Shown here: positions 16,309-24,515 of the stretch, piece by piece
Numbering within the stretch: the stretch's first letter is position 1
Layout: every line of letters starts with the position of its first letter
Assembly: GCA_030628975.1 (NCBI GenBank)
Contig: DAOVPZ010000001.1
Span: 1-37,911, forward strand
Reading direction: 5' to 3'
DNA length: 37,911 bases
Origin: Candidatus Cloacimonadota bacterium
Lineage (GTDB): Bacteria > Cloacimonadota > Cloacimonadia > JGIOTU-2
Made by a program: the position numbers and the translations under genes
Notes under the pieces: model-generated
What the model was told of the DNA's origin: nothing
Database searches by the model: none
What the model saw: only the letters and a program-made list of their open reading frames with translations

Positions 16309-16467
16309 AACCTGCGTGCTATTTACATATGAAACCTACATGTCCTGAAAGAAACTCGGGACACAAAGGAGCATGAAAATTATTAAGGATTTAAAATAGT
16401 TTTATTTTATGAATAAAATATTGTTCGTGTTAGTTCGTGTGGTTCGTGGCAAAAAAAGGATTTTCAG

Positions 16468-17889
16468 ATGAAATATAATATCCTAGTTGTAGATGATAAT
16501 AAACAATTTGTAGAATCTATAAAAATTGCTTTAAAGAAATTTCATATCATAAAAGCATTTTCAATTGAAGAAGCAAAAAATAAGATAAACTCAGAAATAG
16601 ACCTTGTTTTGCTGGATTTAGTATTTGATGAAAACAATCCTGATTATTTGCAAGGGCTGGAATTCTTACCTTATATTCACAAAAATTTTCCGGATTTAAT
16701 TGTAGTAATTATGACAAATTATCCTTCCAAGGACAAAATTGTAGAATCTATTAAATCCGGTGCAGAAGATTTTTTTATTAAAAAAGAATTGGAATGGTCG
16801 GAATGGGAAAAAAGAATAGAAAATTATTGTAGAAATTCACAGAAAATCCGTGAATTAAAAACAAAAAAAAAGGAATTAGAAGAGAAGTATGATGATTCTG
16901 AAATTATTGGAGTTAGTCCTGAAATAGAATTTGTAAAACGGAAACTTCGGGATATAGCACAGCATAGCGATGATATAACTGTCTTTATTCAAGGAGAGAC
17001 CGGAACAGGGAAAAATCTGGCAGTTAAGTATTTCAGAAAATATTCAAAAAGGAAAGAGAAACCATATAAAGAATTTTCTATTTTTGAATTAGCCGATTCT
17101 GTGTTAGAAAGTGAATTATTCGGACATATAAAGGGCTCTTTTACTGGTGCAGATAAAGATAAGATTGGTCTTTTTGAAGCAGCAAATGGAGGCATACTCT
17201 TCCTTGACGAAATTGGTGACTATGATTTAAAAACACAGAAAAAAATTATGAGGTTTATGGAAGATAAGACTATTAGTCCTGTTGGGAGTAACAAAAGTAA
17301 AAAGTTAGACCTCCAATTAATAATGGCAACCAATCAAGATATTCCAGAACTTATCAAAAAAGGTAGATTCAGAGAAGATTTATATCAGAGAATCAATAGG
17401 ATAAAAATTGATTTACCTTCATTAAGAGAAAGAAGAGAGGATATTAAGATTCTAACAGATTACTTTTTTAAACATTTTAGAATAAAAGAAAAAACCAATC
17501 TTAAAGTAATATCAAATGAAGTATATGATATCTTTTACAATTACCAATGGCCTGGTAATGTTAGAGAATTGCAATCAGTTATCTGGGAAGCCTGCACAAA
17601 TGCACGTTTATACAATGATTCAATATTAACTAACAAGCATTTAAGAAAAGAACTAACATCAAAAAATTCTATATTTCAAAACGAAAATGATGATTTAGTA
17701 GTAAAAAAGGCAGAGCTGGAATTAGAAGCGATTGATAAAGCATTAGAAAAAACTTACGGGCGTAAAGCAGAAGCTGCAAAATTGTTGGGAATGAATGCAG
17801 ATCAATTAAGGTATAGGGTATTGAAATTCTATAAAGAAAATAAAATAGATATTAATAAATTTAGAAATATAAGGAAGTATTATGTGTAA
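16468..17889 (+). CDS. Sigma54-dependent response regulator (REC - AAA+ sigma54-interaction domain - Fis-type HTH; NtrC family)
   Basis: REC: ILVVDDN, LVLLDL, VVIMTN, FFIKK. AAA+: Walker A GETGTGKN, GAFTGA-type loop GSFTGA, Walker B ILFLDEIG, FREDLYQRI, WPGNVRELQ. C-terminal GRKAEAAKLLGMNADQLRYRV. Confidence 0.9.
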   Translation: MKYNILVVDDNKQFVESIKIALKKFHIIKAFSIEEAKNKINSEIDLVLLDLVFDENNPDYLQGLEFLPYIHKNFPDLIVVIMTNYPSKDKIVESIKSGAEDFFIKKELEWSEWEKRIENYCRNSQKIRELKTKKKELEEKYDDSEIIGVSPEIEFVKRKLRDIAQHSDDITVFIQGETGTGKNLAVKYFRKYSKRKEKPYKEFSIFELADSVLESELFGHIKGSFTGADKDKIGLFEAANGGILFLDEIGDYDLKTQKKIMRFMEDKTISPVGSNKSKKLDLQLIMATNQDIPELIKKGRFREDLYQRINRIKIDLPSLRERREDIKILTDYFFKHFRIKEKTNLKVISNEVYDIFYNYQWPGNVRELQSVIWEACTNARLYNDSILTNKHLRKELTSKNSIFQNENDDLVVKKAELELEAIDKALEKTYGRKAEAAKLLGMNADQLRYRVLKFYKENKIDINKFRNIRKYYV

Positions 17890-18337
17890 TGCAGACAAAC
17901 TGTTAAAATCGATTATGAACTATGTAAAATATTTAAATACAACTGATAAAAAATTAGATATAAAGATCAATGGAAATAATACTATGACCTTAAATAGTAA
18001 AACTATAAATTTTCAGTATATATTTAATATTGAAGATGATTTATCATTGAGAAAAATAGTTCAAAATTTTGAAGAAAATAATATTACCGATTTTTATGTT
18101 ATAATAGATTTATTCAAAAATATTAATGAATGGATTACAATTGAATATGTTCGTAAATTACAATTAACAATAGATTATTTGGAAAATCATAAAATGGGTA
18201 AAAGACTTTGTCCTTTTGGGGAGAATACGAAAAATTCCTTTGAAATAACCCTGCAATATTTTCATAATCAATCTTTCAAGGATATTTTAGATAAAACCAC
18301 TATAAATAATATAAATATTTATATCTTAAAGGCATAA
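17882..18337 (+). CDS. Hypothetical protein (151 aa)
   Basis: There is an 8-nt overlap with the upstream activator gene, and the next gene starts 3 nt later. I recognise no motif. Confidence 0.55.
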   Translation: MCNADKLLKSIMNYVKYLNTTDKKLDIKINGNNTMTLNSKTINFQYIFNIEDDLSLRKIVQNFEENNITDFYVIIDLFKNINEWITIEYVRKLQLTIDYLENHKMGKRLCPFGENTKNSFEITLQYFHNQSFKDILDKTTINNINIYILKA

Positions 18338-18340
18338 GTA

Positions 18341-21211
18341 ATGGAAAAGATAAAATTTGAGAAATTATTTTTTAAATGTTATAATGTATTAATAAATACT
18401 AAAAAATTAGGTGAATATTTAATAAAAATTGAGAATTATGAAATAACAGAAAAGAATAAAAAAAAGACTAAAAAATCAAAAAAAATTAAATCCAAAGATA
18501 GCAAAAATAATTTTTTAAAAGAACATAAAACAATTATTACTTCAGAAAATTTATCAGATAAGTTATTTGATATTTTAATTAATCATTATAAATCTTCTAG
18601 AGCAGAAAATTATCAAAGTGAATCAACAAGTATAGCTCTCTCTACCTCAACTCATGAAGAGAAGAGAGATTTGGAAGATGAAGAATATAAATGTAATATA
18701 GATGAAGTATTTAAGAACAAAATTTTTCTTTCACTTCATTGGTTTTATGAAGATATGGCTCGTAATCTTGCATGTTCATTTGAAAATTTTAACATAGATA
18801 ATCAAAATAATAAAATTTTAATTATTGATGATAACATTGAGTCAGGTAAATTGAAGAAAAGATATCCACAAATTATCAGAATAATTGAGTACAAGCTCAA
18901 TGAATTAAAAAATTCTAAAAATACAAAAAAAGTAATAAGAGCTGATGTGATAACTGGAGTTAATAATGTAATAGATTTATATGAGCAACTTAATAATTTA
19001 GATAAAATTAAATTAGAAAATGATATTGGGGAAAAGAGAACTTTAAAGTTAAAAGACGTTAAAGTCAAAACTGATGAAAATAGGAGCAATACTACAGATT
19101 TAGAAAAATATCGTTATATCTTTGTTGATCTTTTGATTGGAGAAGAAAATATTGGTTTACAGATTATAAATAGATTAAGGGAACTTCAGGATTATAATTC
19201 CGAACTTAAATATGAAATCATTGCTGTGAGCAGAAGTACCAACACAGAAGATATACAAAAGGCTTTAAATTTTGGTGCTTCTTTTTACATTCCCAAAGAA
19301 CGAATTTTTTCAATTCCTTACCGAATAGCACAATTAGGACCAGAACCGCCTAATTTTATTAATATTGATAAGTCTTTTAAATCTTTGGCAAAATTGCCAA
19401 GAAGAATTCAAAAGTTGCTTCAAACTTCATACTTGAGTTTTAATGGTAAAAAAGATTATAATTGGATTAACTTACTTCCAAAAGCTGATATTCATGTTCA
19501 TTTTGGTGGCTATATGGATGCAAAGATTACTTTGAAACTTTCTTTTTATACAGCTTTACTATCACTTTTAAATTATTTTATTCACGACACTTTTGAAATT
19601 ATTGATAGCAATCTTAGCAAATTGTGGAATGGATTGAATGGGGAAAAGATTAGTGCCGATAATAAGAAGGAATTGCAAAATCTATTGCAAGATATCCAGA
19701 ATCAAGCAAAAATTTATGGAGAATATGCAAAGGATTTATATAAATTATCAAGAATAAAATCAAATACTGGAAATATAGAAATTGAACAAGAACTTAAAAA
19801 TATAAAATCACCTGAGATTTTTTTTGAATATATCGCAGATAAATACAAACACAAATTTTATGGATTAAAACCGTTTCAAGTAATCAGTATTTTTAATGTA
19901 TTCCTCTCTAAAAGTACGGATAGTATTCCAAAAACAGATAACTCTAACCAGAAAGATTTAATGAATATATTAAATTTTGAATTAAATAACAACAATAAGA
20001 AAGACGGGCAAAAAATTATTTTAACGCTTGATAATACTACAAAGGAGATTAAGGAAATTGATGTTAGTAGCCCTAAATTAACAGACAATTTAATAAAGTT
20101 AATTCAGGCAACTCATGGACATAGCATTGATAAGGCTGTTGGAGGTATAACATTAAATTCATTCCTTAAAGGTTGTGATTATACAGGTAGTGATATTCTT
20201 CAAACCAAATATGCAATAAGTGAAGCTGTCCGATATGTTTGCAAGAAAGCTATGAAGGATAATGTTTATTATTTACCATTAAGAGCAACTCCGTTAAATT
20301 TTTGCAGGGGAGGTTTATCAGAAGAGGAAGTTTGGAAAGCAATTAGGACTGGATATAAAGAATTTATAGAAAAAGATATAAATAAAGATGATTATTTTTT
20401 GATTCTCACAATCAAGATAGCTCTAAAACGGCATTATGAAAATAAAGCTATAAAGAAGAATATTAAATTTGGTCTCAAATATAGTTTGGAAAGTCAAATG
20501 AAAGATCATAACCAAAAAAATCAAGATATCAAATATTTTAACTCGAAAGGTTTACCTTCTAAAGATTTTTATAATATTTTGCCTTTTGTTTCTGGATTTG
20601 ATTTAACGGGATTGGAGATAGACTATAATCCTAAAAAATTTAGAGAAGAATTTAAAGAGATATTTGAGCATTGTATACCATTAACAATTCATGCAGGAGA
20701 AGAGACTCCAGCAAAATATATTTGGGAGGCTGCTTATGAACTTCATGCAGATAGAATCGGACATGGTTTATCGTTATCTACCCCTGATGCAAATAAATTG
20801 CGAGACAGATTTAAAGATTTCGATATTTCAATTGAACTGTGTCCTTCAAGCAATTTCTTAACTCAGGAAGGGTTTATGGTTTTTAATCGAGAAACATATT
20901 ATAAATCAAAAAAGGGATCAGAAAGCAACGAACCTAAAGGTGAACAATACCCTTCTTCTGTTTTTCTGGAAAACAATCTTAATTTTGTGGTGTGTACTGA
21001 TGATCCAGCTGTTCAAAATACAGACCTATCTACAGAATATCTGTGGATTTCTGAAATGACATTCAGAGAGCAACAAAAAGGTATAACTAAATGGGAAGCA
21101 TTAAGCTTAATCAGAAATGGGTTTAAATATTGCTTTTTACCTTATGATGTTAAGAGAAAATTACTTAAAATTATTGATCATAAAGTATATAAATTATTAG
21201 AAGGAGAATAA
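18341..21211 (+). CDS. Receiver (REC) domain - adenosine/AMP deaminase family fusion protein (956 aa)
   Basis: REC: ILIIDDN (~18815-18835), YIFVDLLIGEENIG, IIAVSRS, FYIPKE. Deaminase signatures appear in order: ADIHVHFGG (~19484-19510), LTIHAGEE (~20683-20706), ADRIGHG (~20748-20768), VVCTDDPAV (~20987-21013). The N-terminal ~160 aa are unknown and include a Lys-rich tract. Confidence 0.8.
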   Translation: MEKIKFEKLFFKCYNVLINTKKLGEYLIKIENYEITEKNKKKTKKSKKIKSKDSKNNFLKEHKTIITSENLSDKLFDILINHYKSSRAENYQSESTSIALSTSTHEEKRDLEDEEYKCNIDEVFKNKIFLSLHWFYEDMARNLACSFENFNIDNQNNKILIIDDNIESGKLKKRYPQIIRIIEYKLNELKNSKNTKKVIRADVITGVNNVIDLYEQLNNLDKIKLENDIGEKRTLKLKDVKVKTDENRSNTTDLEKYRYIFVDLLIGEENIGLQIINRLRELQDYNSELKYEIIAVSRSTNTEDIQKALNFGASFYIPKERIFSIPYRIAQLGPEPPNFINIDKSFKSLAKLPRRIQKLLQTSYLSFNGKKDYNWINLLPKADIHVHFGGYMDAKITLKLSFYTALLSLLNYFIHDTFEIIDSNLSKLWNGLNGEKISADNKKELQNLLQDIQNQAKIYGEYAKDLYKLSRIKSNTGNIEIEQELKNIKSPEIFFEYIADKYKHKFYGLKPFQVISIFNVFLSKSTDSIPKTDNSNQKDLMNILNFELNNNNKKDGQKIILTLDNTTKEIKEIDVSSPKLTDNLIKLIQATHGHSIDKAVGGITLNSFLKGCDYTGSDILQTKYAISEAVRYVCKKAMKDNVYYLPLRATPLNFCRGGLSEEEVWKAIRTGYKEFIEKDINKDDYFLILTIKIALKRHYENKAIKKNIKFGLKYSLESQMKDHNQKNQDIKYFNSKGLPSKDFYNILPFVSGFDLTGLEIDYNPKKFREEFKEIFEHCIPLTIHAGEETPAKYIWEAAYELHADRIGHGLSLSTPDANKLRDRFKDFDISIELCPSSNFLTQEGFMVFNRETYYKSKKGSESNEPKGEQYPSSVFLENNLNFVVCTDDPAVQNTDLSTEYLWISEMTFREQQKGITKWEALSLIRNGFKYCFLPYDVKRKLLKIIDHKVYKLLEGE

Positions 21212-21216
21212 AATTT

Positions 21217-21582
21217 ATGAAGAAAATGCTTTGGATTTCAATTGTTATAGTTTTTGTTTTTGGATTGGGATTAATTGGCTTGTATGTTTTTCAAAATATC
21301 ACAACAACACCTATATTTGTTACATCAATTGGAAAGATAATTTCTAATCCACGTCCATATGAAGATAAGGTTGTGAAGGTTTATGGTGAAGTAACAAAAC
21401 GAAATTCATTTGTGTTTGTAAAATATTTTTTGCTAAAAGATAAAACAGGTGAGATAGCAATTGTTACAAAAAAGGCTATGCCATCAAAAGGTACGAAATT
21501 AAAAGTAAAGGGTAGAGTAAAAGAGAGCTTTTCTATTGGTGATTATCAATTATTGGTTATAGTACAAGAGGATATAAAATAA
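21217..21582 (+). CDS. Membrane-anchored OB-fold-like small protein
   Basis: An N-terminal TM helix WISIVIVFVFGLGLIGLYVF is followed by a beta-rich region VKVYGEVTKRNSF...KDKTGEIAIVT...KLKVKGRVKE, typical of small OB-fold (BOF/tRNA_anti-like) proteins. Confidence 0.55.
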   Translation: MKKMLWISIVIVFVFGLGLIGLYVFQNITTTPIFVTSIGKIISNPRPYEDKVVKVYGEVTKRNSFVFVKYFLLKDKTGEIAIVTKKAMPSKGTKLKVKGRVKESFSIGDYQLLVIVQEDIK

Positions 21583-21689
21583 CTTGCAGAAATATAAGAT
21601 AATATAAATGCTTAAGTTTATTTTACTTATCATTTATAAAATTACTTGAGTATCAATTAGGAATTGAATCTACTTTTTCATTTTTTAGA

Positions 21690-21893
21690 AAATTTTACCA
21701 ATTATCACTATCAAGAATTTTGGATTCTTTATATATCTTCAAAAATCTTCAATTATTTTTTTAGGATCAATTTCCTGAATCTCAAGTAAATCAATATCTT
21801 CTTGTATAAGATTTGTAAAATATCCTTTGCTTCTTTAAACTTATTATTATTTCCTGTAATGAATGTAATACAATCGTAGTTCATTAAATTCAT
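21690..21893 (-). pseudogene. Decayed 5' remnant of a non-canonical purine NTP pyrophosphatase (ITPase, HAM1/RdgB family)
   Basis: The minus strand reads M(NLM)NYDCITFITGNNNKFKEAKDILQ. After a 1-nt frame slip in a short A run it continues NLIQEDIDLLEIQEIDPKKIIEDF*. This matches the HAM1 N-terminal pattern (xxFxTGNxxKxxEaxxIL ... D.xEiQ...eI), as in human ITPA VFVTGNAKKLEEVVQIL...IDLPEYQGEPDEI. No further HAM1 blocks follow downstream. Confidence 0.45.
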
Positions 21894-21929
21894 TCTTTTC
21901 TATTTAATTCAAACAGTAATTTTTAAATA

Positions 21930-24515
21930 TTACGGTAGTTTATACTCTTCCCACTTCTTTCTTATTTCTTTTTGTTGAGGAGTCCACGAAGCTTCAATCA
22001 ATGAGTTTAGGATGTTCAGATAGCCATCATTATCTTCAACTTCCTGAAGAAATTGAAAGCCGTTAAAGTATTCTTTCGTTTCTTCTGCAGAGGTTCCCAT
22101 AATATCAGTTTCAATTTCATCAATTCTATAATAGTAATTCAAAACTTTAGTTGAAAGCCATTGAGCAGAACCTTCTGTTAAAAACTTATCTTTTCTTGCT
22201 AAAATTCCAACTTGATCCTGCCAATTATGTATATATTCATGTGTTATTACTCCAATTGCATGTTGCTGTCTAAGAGGAATAACCCTTACATTCTTACTAT
22301 TATATATACCTATAGCTCTATCAAGTTTTTTAACGACTTTTAAGGGAACCGGATTTTGAATCCTTATATCCAGATTATTTTTTAATATTTCAGTAATTTT
22401 TCTTTTGATATCATTGTAAAAGTTTGTTAATTTTTTGATATCTTTTATATTTCCTTTTCTAAATTTTATTAGATTTTCATAGCTTTGAATCTCTTTATTT
22501 CCATATATTCTTGCAAAATACATACCGAATTGTTCTTTATTCAAACCCTTAACATCTTGATGATACGCATAATAAATGCATTTACTGCAGCCATTTTCAC
22601 ATGGACATCCTTTTATGGCTTCATAGACAAATTTAAACAATTTTTGGGCTGTACTATTGAAATCAAGATAAAAATTTTTTTCTACAAAATGATATAAACT
22701 ATCCTGATGGGGGAAAATATAGATGTATCTTGAATCATTAATTATAAAGATGAGATTAAAAGGATTTGAAAAAAGTAGGGGTAAAAAATTATACATTGCA
22801 TGTTCAAATTCTTTAGGAAATTTAGTTTCTAATCTTACTCCTCTTACATTTTTTGAAAATATATAGGGATTGCTAAATATTTCAGGAGCATTTCGAGATT
22901 CTTGAGAATAATCTGTAAATAAAATATTTCCATTTTGTTCTAAGTATAATTTAGCTTTTATTGGTGTTACTTTATAATATTTTGTTTCCTTTTCCGTTCC
23001 CATTATTTCAATTTCATCTGTAAATTTAAAATCAATGATTGGGGTAGATCTTGCATAGATTTCACCAGGGGATATAAACTTAATATCTGTTCCTTTTGGA
23101 CTTTCTTCTAAATTGGTTGAAAAACATTTTTCGTTTTCAAAATAGATTTTTCCCTGATATACCTCAAAAGGAAGTAAATCCTTATCAAGTTCTCGATTTC
23201 TTCCAGAAGGATATTGAACATTAATAAAGTTTTTTGAGATAGAACCCCAGTAGGGGATAAAAGTTTCTTTATCCCTTTTGCCACAAATATCTTTCCTAAT
23301 TCTTACAAACATATCTTTTAGTAAATCAGTTTCAGATAGAGGGAAAAGCTTTCGACCAGGTAACTTTTCTATTAGTTTATAATGAGACCACATTAACAAA
23401 TAAGACAATAAATCATCCGGCGGGATAATGAATACACCACCGTTATTTTTAACAAAATTATTAACATTATATTCTAAATCTTTAAAATCTCTAGGCATTC
23501 CAATTATCATTAGATCGTCAAATTTTTTCTGACCGCTTTGGGTAAAACTAGCTAAGTCATCAATTATTGTAATATTTGTTTTTAAAGATAGATGCTGTCG
23601 TATACTGCTTGTTAATCTATCATAAGCAAACCAGATTAATATTTGCACTTCCCCTAAATCCTCTAAAATATTTATTAAGTTACTCACTTCTTCTAAATAA
23701 TTCTCTCTTCTATAACTAAAAGTGTTATTATCGGCTAACAGCTCAACTTTAAACGGAGGAATCCAAAAAAATATATCATTATTATTATTAAATTCTTTTA
23801 TTGAAATGAGCTCAAGAGTTCTATGAATATCTAATATATTACTAAATGATGGAAAATCTTCATCGGAAGAGGAGGTTATAGCAAACCGAGTATTAGAAAA
23901 AAAATCTAATAAGTTGATCAACCGAGTTATAAAGATAATTTCCTTGGGTTTGTATAATTCAATTTTTTCTATTCCAACTAATCCAAGTGAGAATAAAAAA
24001 TCCCTTAGAACTTTATCAGAAGAATATTTCTTTATGCAATTATAAAAAATTTCAGCTGTTGTGATAACAATTTCAGGATAATGTTTTAATTTTTCAATTA
24101 AATGTTCGGATGAGTCTGAAAAGGTAATAGTAAATGGTATAGTTTCTATAATTTTTTGTATACTGGATCTTAACCTTTCACTTTTTTCTTCGAGTTGAGT
24201 TGTATTAGGTAAAAGATAGATAATGGATTGCCCTTGAAAAAAAAGAGTATAAACAGAAAGAATATCAATTGTAGTTGATCTACCTGAACCATATCCACCA
24301 GCAATGAAAATATCTTTATCATCTTGATATGCTAATATAGCTTTTTCCTGAAAGTCAAAAAGTCTTATTCCGATAGCATTCAATACATATTCAAATTGGG
24401 TATTAAGATTATACTTTTCATTTATTTTAGAAGCTTGTATATCTCTATAAAGTAAAAGTTGCCCTTTATATTTTTTATGAGTTTTTATATTTCTAATTAA
24501 CTCGTCATTGCTCAT
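21930..24515 (-). CDS. SF2 helicase-like N-terminal domain / DUF1998-type Cys-cluster domain / HExxH metallopeptidase-like C-terminal domain fusion (861 aa)
   Basis: LFDFQEKAI plus a P-loop-like IAGGYGSGRSTT (~24273-24299), IYLLPNT and VITTAEIF. No clear DExH box is visible (LVGIEKIELY occupies its position). Cys cluster GCPCENGCSKC (22578-22610). HExxH...E block VITHEYIHNWQDQVGILARKDKFLTEGS (~22170-22253). Confidence 0.6.
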   Translation of the reverse strand: MSNDELIRNIKTHKKYKGQLLLYRDIQASKINEKYNLNTQFEYVLNAIGIRLFDFQEKAILAYQDDKDIFIAGGYGSGRSTTIDILSVYTLFFQGQSIIYLLPNTTQLEEKSERLRSSIQKIIETIPFTITFSDSSEHLIEKLKHYPEIVITTAEIFYNCIKKYSSDKVLRDFLFSLGLVGIEKIELYKPKEIIFITRLINLLDFFSNTRFAITSSSDEDFPSFSNILDIHRTLELISIKEFNNNNDIFFWIPPFKVELLADNNTFSYRRENYLEEVSNLINILEDLGEVQILIWFAYDRLTSSIRQHLSLKTNITIIDDLASFTQSGQKKFDDLMIIGMPRDFKDLEYNVNNFVKNNGGVFIIPPDDLLSYLLMWSHYKLIEKLPGRKLFPLSETDLLKDMFVRIRKDICGKRDKETFIPYWGSISKNFINVQYPSGRNRELDKDLLPFEVYQGKIYFENEKCFSTNLEESPKGTDIKFISPGEIYARSTPIIDFKFTDEIEIMGTEKETKYYKVTPIKAKLYLEQNGNILFTDYSQESRNAPEIFSNPYIFSKNVRGVRLETKFPKEFEHAMYNFLPLLFSNPFNLIFIINDSRYIYIFPHQDSLYHFVEKNFYLDFNSTAQKLFKFVYEAIKGCPCENGCSKCIYYAYHQDVKGLNKEQFGMYFARIYGNKEIQSYENLIKFRKGNIKDIKKLTNFYNDIKRKITEILKNNLDIRIQNPVPLKVVKKLDRAIGIYNSKNVRVIPLRQQHAIGVITHEYIHNWQDQVGILARKDKFLTEGSAQWLSTKVLNYYYRIDEIETDIMGTSAEETKEYFNGFQFLQEVEDNDGYLNILNSLIEASWTPQQKEIRKKWEEYKLP

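Noticed and set aside
19385-19400. TTGGCA-AAAT-TGCCAA inverted repeat that could be an activator binding site
   Set aside because: It is a single occurrence inside the deaminase coding region (encoding SLAKLPR). No second site or nearby promoter is present, so it is probably coincidental.
16468-21582. Classifying the cassette as canonical RADAR, Detocs or Kongming
   Set aside because: - The AAA+ partner is a complete NtrC-type enhancer-binding protein (GSFTGA loop, Fis HTH), not an RdrA-like ATPase.
- The effector is a deaminase rather than a Detocs PNP domain.
- No SIR2 gene or intact HAM1 partner is present.
The resemblance is in logic only.
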